NCBI GenBank assembly: GCA_964433475.1
Contig: CAYSRP010000001.1
Span: forward strand, 1 to 43,096
DNA from: an uncultured Methanomicrobiales archaeon
GTDB taxonomy: Archaea; Halobacteriota; Methanomicrobia; Methanomicrobiales; Methanocorpusculaceae
DNA length: 43,096 bases
Reading direction: 5' to 3'
A program made the position numbers and the translations under genes. Below, in pieces: positions 28,752 to 36,702 of this stretch (position 1 is its first letter; each line of letters opens with the position of its first letter). A model generated the notes under the pieces. The model ran no database searches and was not told the DNA's origin. It saw nothing but the letters and a program-made list of their open reading frames with translations.

Positions 28752-29972
28752 ATGACAGCATCCAAAATTCTTCTTCTGATTATTGATGGTGTAGGGGATC
28801 GTCCGTGCGCATGTCTTGGAAATAAAACTCCTTTACAGGCGGCGTTTCTTCCAAATCTGGACAGACTTGCAGCGGAAGGTATCTGCGGGATTATGGATCC
28901 GGTCGCTCCGGGGATCCGTGCAGGTTCCGATACGTCCCACTTAAGCCTTCTCGGATATCCTCCGCAAAAATACTATACAGGCAGAGGACCGCTGGAAGCA
29001 GCAGGCTGTGGAATAAAAATGGAACCCGGGATGATAGGGTTTCGGGCAAACTATGCAACCGTCGATGACAATGGACTGGTCATCGATAGACGTGCGGGGC
29101 GTATCTCCGATACAGCCGAGATATCTGCTGCAGTCAAAAACGGAGTCGACCTTTCAAAATACGGGGTGAAGATCGAGTTTGCACCGGGAACCGGTCATCG
29201 TGCGGCTCTTTCGCTCAAAGGAAAAGGACTCAGTGCGGCTGTTTCGACCAATGACCCGAAAAAAGACGGGGTCGCACCGAAAACCATCGTGCCGGAAGAT
29301 GACAGCAAAGAGGCAAAATTCACCGCTGAGATATGTAATGAATTCGTGCGTCAGGCAACTGCTATTCTCAAAAACCACCCGGTCAACCTTGAACGAAAAG
29401 CCCGTGGAGAAATGCCGGCGAACAGCGTCCTGATCCGTGGTGCAGGAGAGATGGGGGTCTACGAACCATTCGAGCAGAAACACGAACTTACCGGGAGTGT
29501 TGTTGCAGCAGCAGCCTTGATTGCCGGAATCGGCAGTTCAGTTGGTCTTGAGAGGATCCCTGTCTTCCCGACGACACCCCTCGATGAACAGGTGAAACTC
29601 GTATGTAATGAGTTGAAGAAGAAGGACTTCGTTCTCTTCAACGTGAAAAACGCGGATGAATTCGGGCACGACGGAAAGGCCGTCGAGAAAAAAGAGTTCC
29701 TCGAGGAATTCGATAAAACGATCATTCCCTTCTTTGCCATTCCCGAACTGATGATCGCCGTCTGCGGAGACCACTCGACACCCTGCTCCATTAAGGATCA
29801 CAGTGCCGATCCCGTTCCGCTTCTTTTCCATGGTGACGGAACACGTATCGACAATGTTACAAAATACGATGAGATCTCCTGCGCAGCAGGTGGTATGTGC
29901 CGGATTTCCGGCGGCGATCTCATGCCGATCCTCTTAGACCTCATTGACAAAACCCATAAGTACGGAGCATAA
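28752..29972 (+). CDS. apgM: 2,3-bisphosphoglycerate-independent phosphoglycerate mutase
   Basis: DGVGDRP, GSDTSHL, TGRGPLEA, DEFGHDG and GDHSTP...HS motifs. Confidence 0.95.
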   Translation: MTASKILLLIIDGVGDRPCACLGNKTPLQAAFLPNLDRLAAEGICGIMDPVAPGIRAGSDTSHLSLLGYPPQKYYTGRGPLEAAGCGIKMEPGMIGFRANYATVDDNGLVIDRRAGRISDTAEISAAVKNGVDLSKYGVKIEFAPGTGHRAALSLKGKGLSAAVSTNDPKKDGVAPKTIVPEDDSKEAKFTAEICNEFVRQATAILKNHPVNLERKARGEMPANSVLIRGAGEMGVYEPFEQKHELTGSVVAAAALIAGIGSSVGLERIPVFPTTPLDEQVKLVCNELKKKDFVLFNVKNADEFGHDGKAVEKKEFLEEFDKTIIPFFAIPELMIAVCGDHSTPCSIKDHSADPVPLLFHGDGTRIDNVTKYDEISCAAGGMCRISGGDLMPILLDLIDKTHKYGA

Positions 29973-29998
29973 CGATATACTAGTATAAAGGGTGGAGC

Positions 29999-31066
29999 AT
30001 GTCAGAGGAAAATAAACGGATAATTCTTGCAGAATCATTGCCTGAGGAGAATGAAAAATTCCTTACCCTGCCCGATCTTACGCTGGAAGAGGAAGAGGAT
30101 CTGGAGAAACATGAACCGGACACTCTCCCGGAACCTCTTGAACCATTGTTTACCGAGGTCAGGTCCGAGGACAAAACCGGGGAAAAACTCGTTCTCGACC
30201 TTTCCAAAGTTGATGAGGACACCGCATCCATGGTCGTATCCTCGTCTGACCTTTTCAAATCCTGTTTCCTGCCGGATAAAACCGAACTGCAGGAACGGAA
30301 TCTAAAAACCAAACAGGATATTTTAGTCGGAGACCACTGTGATATCGGATACGGTCTCTATGGAAACGATATAGTCATCTGTGAACTTTCCAAGATGCAC
30401 GGGGATATTGTTGCAGAAGGCGATCTGCGTATCGATAACTTCTGTGAAATCGACGGCACGGTCCTTTGTAATGGGGATGCTTATCTCGGAGAGGGTGTGA
30501 AGATCCACGGGAAATTGGATGTAGGGGGCAATATGGATATCGGAGACAATGTCGCCATCGATAAGGAGTTCAAGGCATACGGGGATATTGCTATCCGGAA
30601 TCCCATGCCGGTGATCTTATATCTCCTGCTCTATGTGATGACGATGCTGAATCTGGAAGGCGAGGACGCCACCAGGAAACGGATGGGTGATATCATCTCT
30701 GAAGCAAACTCGAGCCCGTTGGTTCTGCCGCCGAGAACCACGCTGGATCTCAGTTACTTCTCTGTCCAGACCCCGATCGAGATCGGTTCAAACTGCCGTC
30801 TCCATGGAAACATCAAGGCGAAGTCGGTGAAGATCCGGAAAGATACGACGCTCTTTGGCAGTGTTCAGGCAACTCAGCGTGTCAAAATCGGACCAAGGAC
30901 GGCAATTCACGGAGATGTTGTCGGGCAGAATATCCGTGTTGAACGCGGAGCGGATGTTCTTGGTGATGTGGCAGGAAAAACCGTATGGCTCCACGAGGAT
31001 GCAAGAATCAGCGGTGTGATCAAGGCAACCGAGGGACTTACCATCGGACGCTCGGAAGGAAATTAA
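29999..31066 (+). CDS. Beta-helix protein, bactofilin-like ('polymer-forming cytoskeletal' family)
   Basis: Two blocks of (I/V)xGxI/V repeats separated by a hydrophobic helix; acidic N-terminal tail. Confidence 0.7.
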   Translation: MSEENKRIILAESLPEENEKFLTLPDLTLEEEEDLEKHEPDTLPEPLEPLFTEVRSEDKTGEKLVLDLSKVDEDTASMVVSSSDLFKSCFLPDKTELQERNLKTKQDILVGDHCDIGYGLYGNDIVICELSKMHGDIVAEGDLRIDNFCEIDGTVLCNGDAYLGEGVKIHGKLDVGGNMDIGDNVAIDKEFKAYGDIAIRNPMPVILYLLLYVMTMLNLEGEDATRKRMGDIISEANSSPLVLPPRTTLDLSYFSVQTPIEIGSNCRLHGNIKAKSVKIRKDTTLFGSVQATQRVKIGPRTAIHGDVVGQNIRVERGADVLGDVAGKTVWLHEDARISGVIKATEGLTIGRSEGN

Positions 31067-31906
31067 ATGGACACATTATCGACGATGATTGAGGTTGAGG
31101 ACCTCAGATTTATTGAGCCGGATTATGCCTCCCTCGTAAATAACGGAGAACCCGGTGTTTTGATCTGCGAGGCGGAACCTGTCAAAAACGGTACAAAAAT
31201 TCTGATCGATGAAAATGAGAACCCCCTTTTGTTTGCCGTGAAAAATGCAGGAGAGTGGCGTGCGACTTCGTGGCTGTTTCGGGATCCGACAGCAGAGGAA
31301 CTCGCTCTTTTTGAAGCAACGGACGGGGACCTCTATCAGGAACCGCGGAGCAGGATCGAAGATGCATGCCGTGCACATTTTGCCGAAATCATTCGTCAGG
31401 AGATTCCACCGGCAGGAGATGATCTGCCAGCCGACCGTGTGGAAAAAGTCCGTGATCTCATTCATGAAATGTGGGGGACGTCGATCTCAGGGATCGCGCT
31501 GGACGCGTGTGCCGGGTCAGGGATCGGTTCTATGATTCTTCGTGAGATGGGAGGTCATCCGATTGCTTATGACAACGATCCGGAGCTTCTGTCGCTTGGT
31601 ATGGCATCGGGCAGGATCCATCCGGAGGGACTTGCGTGTATCGATGCAAAAATTGCATCGGCATATCTTCCCGATGCGGAATACGGTGTCGGGATCATGT
31701 TTGGACAGATGTATGTCTATACACAGGATATCTGGAGACCCATTGTTGAGGAACTCGCAGGGATCACTGAGAAAACCCTCATTACGGTTGCGACTGAAGA
31801 TGAGGCACACTGGGTAAAGGAGTGGGCAGCCGGTGTCGGGAAAGCACTTGATATCATGGAAAATGAGCGTGATCCGGTTTACGACCGTTGGGTCTGTTTG
31901 GGGTGA
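31067..31906 (+). CDS. Hypothetical protein with SAM-dependent methyltransferase-like C-terminal domain
   Basis: Motif I-like LDACAGSGIG followed by IAYD. Confidence 0.65.
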   Translation: MDTLSTMIEVEDLRFIEPDYASLVNNGEPGVLICEAEPVKNGTKILIDENENPLLFAVKNAGEWRATSWLFRDPTAEELALFEATDGDLYQEPRSRIEDACRAHFAEIIRQEIPPAGDDLPADRVEKVRDLIHEMWGTSISGIALDACAGSGIGSMILREMGGHPIAYDNDPELLSLGMASGRIHPEGLACIDAKIASAYLPDAEYGVGIMFGQMYVYTQDIWRPIVEELAGITEKTLITVATEDEAHWVKEWAAGVGKALDIMENERDPVYDRWVCLG

Positions 31907-31907
31907 T

Positions 31908-32200
31908 GATGTAGGATGTGTAGGGTGAATGTAGGATGATCCTACATTGTTTTGAGGCATAATTATCCTTTATTCTCTATTTTAAGCTATAATATAGGTT
32001 AGTGTAGGGAATGTAGGATGTTTTTAATTCAGCGTATAGAGATAAAAAGTATAGAGAGATATGTTGTAAGAGCAGATGGATTTCATTTTATCCTACACAT
32101 CCTACACCAGGCAATTATATCGACTATTTTCGCATTCTGCCGCATCTGCTGAGTTTTTATTCTACACTCATCCTACATTCATCCTACATTCATCCTACAT
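31908..32200. repeat. Convergent TGTAGGAT/ATCCTACA repeat array (iteron/origin-like)
   Basis: Forward copies at 31910, 31930, 32012 (variants 31919, 32003); reverse copies at 31939, 32090, 32099, 32170, 32181, 32192 (variant 32159); 9-11 nt spacing within clusters. Confidence 0.9.
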
Positions 32201-32344
32201 GCGTGAAAGGTGAACAAAGTAATCAAAATAATTATTCAAGAAATAAACTATAAAAAAGTCTGGAGGGAGGTAGTTTGGGACATAACTACATCCTATATCT
32301 TTCTGCTGTATGTTTTTTTATTTAAAGAAACACAAATAACTAAT

Positions 32345-32635
32345 TCATACTTTATGATATGTTACGATTGATCCTTCAAGGGTGTCTCCGTTCAAAGTAT
32401 ATCTTGAACCGCCAATATTATAGATTCCATCACCTAAATTCTCCCAAGTAATAGAATCATCACTAAATCCCATTACTGTTATCATACCTTCTCCATTTCC
32501 CGATAAATCAAGGGTGGTAGTTCCTAATGAGCTTTCCCACGTCCCCACCACAGGATCAAGATACGAGCATCCGGCAATACAACACGTTGCTATACAGAGT
32601 AAAACTAACGTTGATATAATAAAGATTTTTTTCAT
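32345..32635 (-). CDS. Small lipoprotein (element cargo)
   Basis: MKKIFIISTLVLLCIATCCIAGC signal with lipobox-like IAGC, then DPVVGTWE beta-rich domain; ATG at 32635 preferred. Confidence 0.75.
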   Translation of the reverse strand: MKKIFIISTLVLLCIATCCIAGCSYLDPVVGTWESSLGTTTLDLSGNGEGMITVMGFSDDSITWENLGDGIYNIGGSRYTLNGDTLEGSIVTYHKV

Positions 32636-33042
32636 ATAGTAATACCATCGCGCGAGAATAGCATAAACCTGAGTAAAAGGGACATTTTCCTTAACAGGAC
32701 GGTTTCCTCCTCTAAATGAACCCCTTTTATGACTCACCTCATTCAGGAAGTTTTCATTGATCCGGATAAGGAATTATATTCATCACTGTCTGGCGGGAGG
32801 GTCGTTCTAACTAGTGGTTCGTTCTCCCATTCCTGACGGTTCAAAGATACGGTTTAGTTTCGTTGTTGTGGTTACTCACCTCAAACACGCATTATTACAT
32901 TAGTATTGGGTCATGTAAACCCATACCCACACATCGCGATAATACCCAAATCAGATCTGAAACAAGGGACCCCCTCTATACCTTTTTTTATTCACCCCGG
33001 CACGGCAAAAACCTAATGTCATCGCAGTGGTCATCAATACTT

Positions 33043-33273
33043 ATGACTCAGAGCGCAGATCAGAACTCCCCTGAGATGGTTAGCATTCGCATCAGTCGCA
33101 CGAATCAGGAGCGACTCAAGAAACTCAAGAAGGGGAAGATGACTTACGATGATGTAATATCCCAGATAGTCGATGATGAGAATTGGGATGTTGACAAGTT
33201 GGACGCTGATTTAGATAAGATCAAGAAGAAATCTAAATATTATACCTTTGAAGAGGTATTCAAAGGTGTATAA
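33043..33273 (+). CDS. Type II antitoxin (ribbon-helix-helix, RelB-like)
   Basis: VSIRISRTNQERLKKLK..KMTYDDVISQIVD RHH pattern, acidic tail ending YYTFEEV; overlaps the toxin start by 8 nt. Start could also be 33076. Confidence 0.75.
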   Translation: MTQSADQNSPEMVSIRISRTNQERLKKLKKGKMTYDDVISQIVDDENWDVDKLDADLDKIKKKSKYYTFEEVFKGV

Positions 33274-33554
33274 GCTAATCTTCAGCTAAGAGTCACTCAA
33301 ATACCTATCACACATACCAAAAAAAGACCTAGCACATGTGAGAGATATAATTTCTTTGTGCCTCGGCGAATATTTGAAAAAGACAACCAAGCGTTGCAAC
33401 AAGAAACTCCTCAAAGGCTCTAAGAAACACACATACCGTCTTCACATATCAATGACGCACGGTATTCTATCGTGTCGATGATATTGATGAGCGTGTATTC
33501 ATAGATAACGTAAGGGGGATAAATCATGCTCACGATAAATACAGCTTATTCTAA
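33266..33554 (+). pseudogene. RelE/ParE-family toxin pseudogene
   Basis: GTG start; reconstructs to MYKLIFS*ESLKYLSHIPKKD...KKLLKGSKKHTYRLHISMTH/TVFYRVDDIDERVFIDNVRGINHAHDKYSLF. In-frame TAA at 33287-33289 and a frameshift near 33460. Confidence 0.8.
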
Positions 33555-33607
33555 ACCCCAGCACAACAATAAAGCATCTAAATAGGAAATGAAGTTATCA
33601 GAGTTGT

Positions 33608-33709
33608 TCAAGCTCTGATTAAAGTCTTTTTGACGTCGGTTGTAAGTGCGATAACTAAAGCCAGTAATGCGATTACAACACATAATTTCCGAACCATCCT
33701 GTTTTTCAT
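33608..33709 (-). pseudogene. 33-aa signal-peptide-like ORF (truncated exported-protein gene or micro-peptide)
   Basis: MKNRMVRKLCVVIALLALVIALTTDVKKTLIRA*, preceded by TTTATAT about 30 nt upstream and GGAG just before the ATG. Confidence 0.45.
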
Positions 33710-33794
33710 CTCCAATTAACAGGTGTACTCACGCAAATATAAAGAGCGGGTTCCATTTTTGGAACAAAATTGTAATCTAGACGTGTTTCATCCT

Positions 33795-33829
33795 CAAATA
33801 AATCCATAACCGCGCGGTGAGATAATGCC
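33795..33829 (-). promoter_or_regulatory. radA-type promoter copy inside the integrated element
   Basis: Minus strand reads GGCATTATCTCACCGCGCGGTTATGGATTTATTTG; the first 32 nt are 29/32 identical to 23213-23244. Confidence 0.75.
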
Positions 33830-33918
33830 AAATTCGAGTTAACCATTATTGTAACACTTTTGAAATCCTCTCTTTATGGTCTGTCACGCTGATATTTGAC
33901 TGTCCATTTTCTATATCG

Positions 33919-33938
33919 GATTATATAATCTTATATAA
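33919..33938. promoter_or_regulatory. Palindromic tandem TATA upstream of the RHH/intN ORF
   Basis: GATTATATAATC perfect palindrome; TTATATAA twice with a 10-nt period, ending 22 nt before the ATG at 33961. Confidence 0.55.
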
Positions 33939-33960
33939 CGTGGAAAAGGAATTCGTAAAA

Positions 33961-34237
33961 ATGGTAAAATCGAAAAAAGAAGAATCCAAACGATTTGAAA
34001 AAACAAGCATGTATTTATGTAGATGCTGAATTACTCAAATTCGCACATGAAAAACGTTTAAACGTCTCTGGAATAGCAAACAATGCTTTAAAAGAGTTTA
34101 TACTGGAATTTGAAGAGGAGTTTGAAACAAATTCTGCCTATTTGAGGTTAGTTTCGCAAAAGGGGTCTGATAACAGTGGATCCGAGGAGATTCGAACTCC
34201 TGACCTCCGCCGTGTGAAGGCGACGTCATACCACTAG
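33961..34237 (+). pseudogene. CcdA-like RHH ORF reading antisense through tRNA-Val; probable N-terminal fragment (intN) of a split SSV1-type integrase
   Basis: KKQACIYVDAELLKFAHEKRLNVSGIANNALKEFI RHH; the frame runs into the tRNA (GSEEIRTPDLRRVKATSYH*). The ATG at 33961 (MVKSKKEESKR) joins the TTG-33995 frame if one T near 33994 is removed. Confidence 0.65.
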
Positions 34238-34248
34238 ACCACGAATCC
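34177..34248 (-). tRNA. tRNA-Val(CAC)
   Basis: GGATTCGTGGTCTAGTGGTATGACGTCGCCTTCACACGGCGGAGGTCAGGAGTTCGAATCTCCTCGGATCCA folds as a cloverleaf; anticodon CAC; no encoded CCA. Confidence 0.96.
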
Positions 34249-34267
34249 ATACAAAAAGGATGAAAAA

Positions 34268-34338
34268 TGCACCGACCGGGAATCGAACCCGGGCTATTGG
34301 CTTGGAAGGCCAAAGTCATACCTCTAGACCATCAGTGC
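34268..34338 (-). tRNA. tRNA-Gly(TCC)
   Basis: GCACTGATGGTCTAGAGGTATGACTTTGGCCTTCCAAGCCAATAGCCCGGGTTCGATTCCCGGTCGGTGCA; anticodon TCC; 19 nt upstream of tRNA-Val; TATA-like TTTAATAA about 33-40 nt upstream. Confidence 0.96.
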
Positions 34339-34401
34339 CTGTCTTGCGTCTCTTATGTTTCTATTTTATCTTATTAAATCTGCCGGAAATATCCGGGGAA
34401 A

Positions 34402-35313
34402 TCAGTATCCCCGGATTTCTGAACGGACCTTTTCAAGATTCGCGATCCTCTTCTCAAGGGGCGGATGGGTTGAGAATAACTCCATTACTGACTCGCCTGA
34501 AATCGCCGGGATAATGAAAAACGAGTTTGTCCCCGAAACTGCCCGTTTTGCATCAGGGGATGCAGCATTCACCCCACTGCTGATCTTTTTCAAAGCGCTG
34601 ATCAACGAATCCGGATTTCTGGTGAGATACGCACTCCCACGGTCTGCGGAAAATTCCCGATAGCGGGAAATTGCCATCGTGACGATCGTTCCGACGATGT
34701 AAACGATAAATGTTACAATCATCGCCGCAATAAAGATGAGGATCCCTCCACCGTTTTCACTGTCTCTGTTTCCAAAGAGTGCCAATATAAACTGATTCTG
34801 CAGAATCATCGATGCGATCATAACCGCAAAACTGCCGATCGTCATCGTGAGCATATCGTGATTCTTCACGTGTGACATTTCATGCGCAAGAACCGCTTCC
34901 AGTTCCTCATCGGTAAGTATGGCGCGGATCTTCGGTGTTACCGCAATAACGGCATTTCTCGGGCTTCTGCCGGTCGCAAAAGCATTAGGGATATTTGCCA
35001 TCGCCCTGTGCTGAATAATCCCTACTTTAGGCATTGGCAGGTCTGCCTCGGTTGCAAGACGACGAACCATCGCATAGAGCTTCGGCTCTTCATCTTCATC
35101 GACCAGCATCACCTGCATAGTTCTCTGGACGATTTTATCGGAGAAGAAAAACTGCACGAATGCAGAGATGAATACGAATCCGATCAATATGTACAGGAAT
35201 GTTCCTTTTAGGAATACCAGAGCTACCGTAAGTATGACAACATACAGGAGGAGTATTATCAGCCAGGCTATTACCTGACGACCTATTAGTCCCCAGTCGC
35301 GTTTCCAAATCAT
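34402..35313 (-). CDS. htpX: Membrane zinc metalloprotease HtpX (M48)
   Basis: PNAFATGR, AVLAHEMSH, SRYREFSAD and STHPP motifs. Confidence 0.95.
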   Translation of the reverse strand: MIWKRDWGLIGRQVIAWLIILLLYVVILTVALVFLKGTFLYILIGFVFISAFVQFFFSDKIVQRTMQVMLVDEDEEPKLYAMVRRLATEADLPMPKVGIIQHRAMANIPNAFATGRSPRNAVIAVTPKIRAILTDEELEAVLAHEMSHVKNHDMLTMTIGSFAVMIASMILQNQFILALFGNRDSENGGGILIFIAAMIVTFIVYIVGTIVTMAISRYREFSADRGSAYLTRNPDSLISALKKISSGVNAASPDAKRAVSGTNSFFIIPAISGESVMELFSTHPPLEKRIANLEKVRSEIRGY

Positions 35314-35408
35314 TATTTATACTTATTGAAAATATGGGGATAATAGGTTTCTTAAATTCGGCATTACAATCCGAAATCTAAACTACCTGAGAGATACAAT
35401 AGTGGATT

Positions 35409-36083
35409 ATGACAGAAGATGATTTCGAAAATACCGAAGAGGAATTCTCTACCGATGAATTGACCGACCTCGCTTTTGGAATGTTAACCATCTTCATAGA
35501 ACAGCATCTGGAAACAAAAGGCTCGTATCTATTCCGTGAAGTGGAATCGGGACAGGATATTGATGCACTTTGTGTGAGCCAGATACAAAAGTTTGTAGCC
35601 GAGTATCCTCCTCTTGCGGATCCGCTTTTACGTACGGGGACCGCGCAGGATATTGCCTGTCTCTATCGTCAAGGTGAAGGTATTATTCCATCAAAGACAA
35701 CAAAGTCATATTGGATACAGCAGGATAAACCGGGTGTCACTCCTGGAACAACTGGTGCTGATGAAGCCGGGAAGTGGCTGATTTTTGTGGGTCCCGAGGA
35801 TGTTGATTCCGTGTGGCAGAAGATTCGTGATGCAACGGTGGAGGGAAGGCTCGGCATCGGTGCAAAGGTGAGTACGGCTAAGGAAAATGAGGATGCACAC
35901 GATGACAGAAAGGTCATCTATGTTTTCACGGCAGACTGGTCAGATGAGCCCGAAGTAATGCGGGTCCGTGAAGAACTGAAGAAGTTAGGATTTGAGGACA
36001 GAATCGGATACAAAAGAAATCTGGATACGTATGCAGGAGAATATCGCGAAAAAGGTAAACGCGTTACGTATTATTCTGTTTGA
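35409..36083 (+). CDS. DUF1917-family protein (eIF4E-like fold; sometimes labelled putative phosphothreonine lyase)
   Basis: GKWLIF...VDSVWQKI..AT..GRLG..AKVST, VIYVFT.DW.D..EVMRV and IGYK motifs. Confidence 0.8.
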   Translation: MTEDDFENTEEEFSTDELTDLAFGMLTIFIEQHLETKGSYLFREVESGQDIDALCVSQIQKFVAEYPPLADPLLRTGTAQDIACLYRQGEGIIPSKTTKSYWIQQDKPGVTPGTTGADEAGKWLIFVGPEDVDSVWQKIRDATVEGRLGIGAKVSTAKENEDAHDDRKVIYVFTADWSDEPEVMRVREELKKLGFEDRIGYKRNLDTYAGEYREKGKRVTYYSV

Positions 36084-36618
36084 AATATCCTTTTTTTAGG
36101 AGGAATCCTAAAATCGAAACGATGAGTGCTATGAGAGTTGTGATTCCTGCAACAAGGTAACCCCAGGGGAATCCTCCGCAGGCGAAGGCATTTTTGATGA
36201 GCAGGTCGATGACAAGGCAGAGTATGCCGCTCATGAATATGATTGCCGGAATAACGATCCAAAGATTCCACATTTTTATCAGCATCCCATAGATCATCCA
36301 CATGAAAATAATTCCTGCGGCAGCTATGGGAAAACCGAGCGGCAAAAACCATTCATATCCATTTTGAAACTGGTCGATCAGCAGCAGGAACGGGAGGATC
36401 AATGCTGTGATGATGCCTAAGGATATTTTCACTCCTTTCTTTTTGTAGTAAAGGACCGGCATCAGGATAAGCCATGTAAAAAACAGTGAACATACCGGAT
36501 AAACAAACCATTCAACCGTATTCATAATTACCATGTTAGAGATAATACAAATGAAAACAGCAATAAAAACACAAATAGAGAATATCCACATTGATAAATC
36601 AGAAAACTTCATTTTCAT
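36064..36618 (-). CDS. Multi-pass membrane protein (DUF6320-like)
   Basis: About 6 hydrophobic helices, W..YPV.SL and WFLPLGFPI patterns; convergent 20-nt overlap with the DUF1917 gene. Confidence 0.65.
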   Translation of the reverse strand: MKMKFSDLSMWIFSICVFIAVFICIISNMVIMNTVEWFVYPVCSLFFTWLILMPVLYYKKKGVKISLGIITALILPFLLLIDQFQNGYEWFLPLGFPIAAAGIIFMWMIYGMLIKMWNLWIVIPAIIFMSGILCLVIDLLIKNAFACGGFPWGYLVAGITTLIALIVSILGFLLKKGYFKQNNT

Positions 36619-36644
36619 GTTGGAATCCTCCTTTTTTGAATTAC

Positions 36645-36671
36645 TACCCCTTTCAAAAATGGAATGGGGTA
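36645..36671 (-). terminator. Hairpin downstream of rpl40e (possible terminator)
   Basis: TACCCC-TTTC...GAAT-GGGGTA imperfect inverted repeat next to an A-run (T-run on the minus strand), about 30 nt after the rpl40e stop. Confidence 0.35.
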
Positions 36672-36702
36672 AAAAATTCCGCACAAATAGATATGCGAAA
36701 GA

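Larger units (their letters stand above)
31907..34176. mobile_element. Decayed tRNA-Val-integrated element (virus/plasmid relic)
   Basis: Visibly AT-richer, low coding density, abuts the 3' end of tRNA-Val; contains iteron-like repeats, a TA module, gene fragments and an intN-like ORF. No tRNA duplication or intC seen, so the left boundary is approximate. Confidence 0.75.

Noticed and set aside
31517-31960. 147-aa minus-strand ORF beginning in the repeat array (HPTHPT)
   Set aside because: Mostly the antisense shadow of the methyltransferase-like gene; HPT is just the translated octamer.
31908-32200. Possible CRISPR array or chromosomal oriC
   Set aside because: Units are 8-11 nt in both orientations with no unique ~35-nt spacers and no cas genes; no ORB consensus or adjacent cdc6/orc1.
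32740-32900. Weak stem-loop (ACTGTC...GGGAG...CTCCC...GACGGT) and two GAGGTGAGT SD-like words on the minus strand
   Set aside because: Pairing relies on several G-U pairs and bulges and the reading frames close quickly; probably degraded gene debris.
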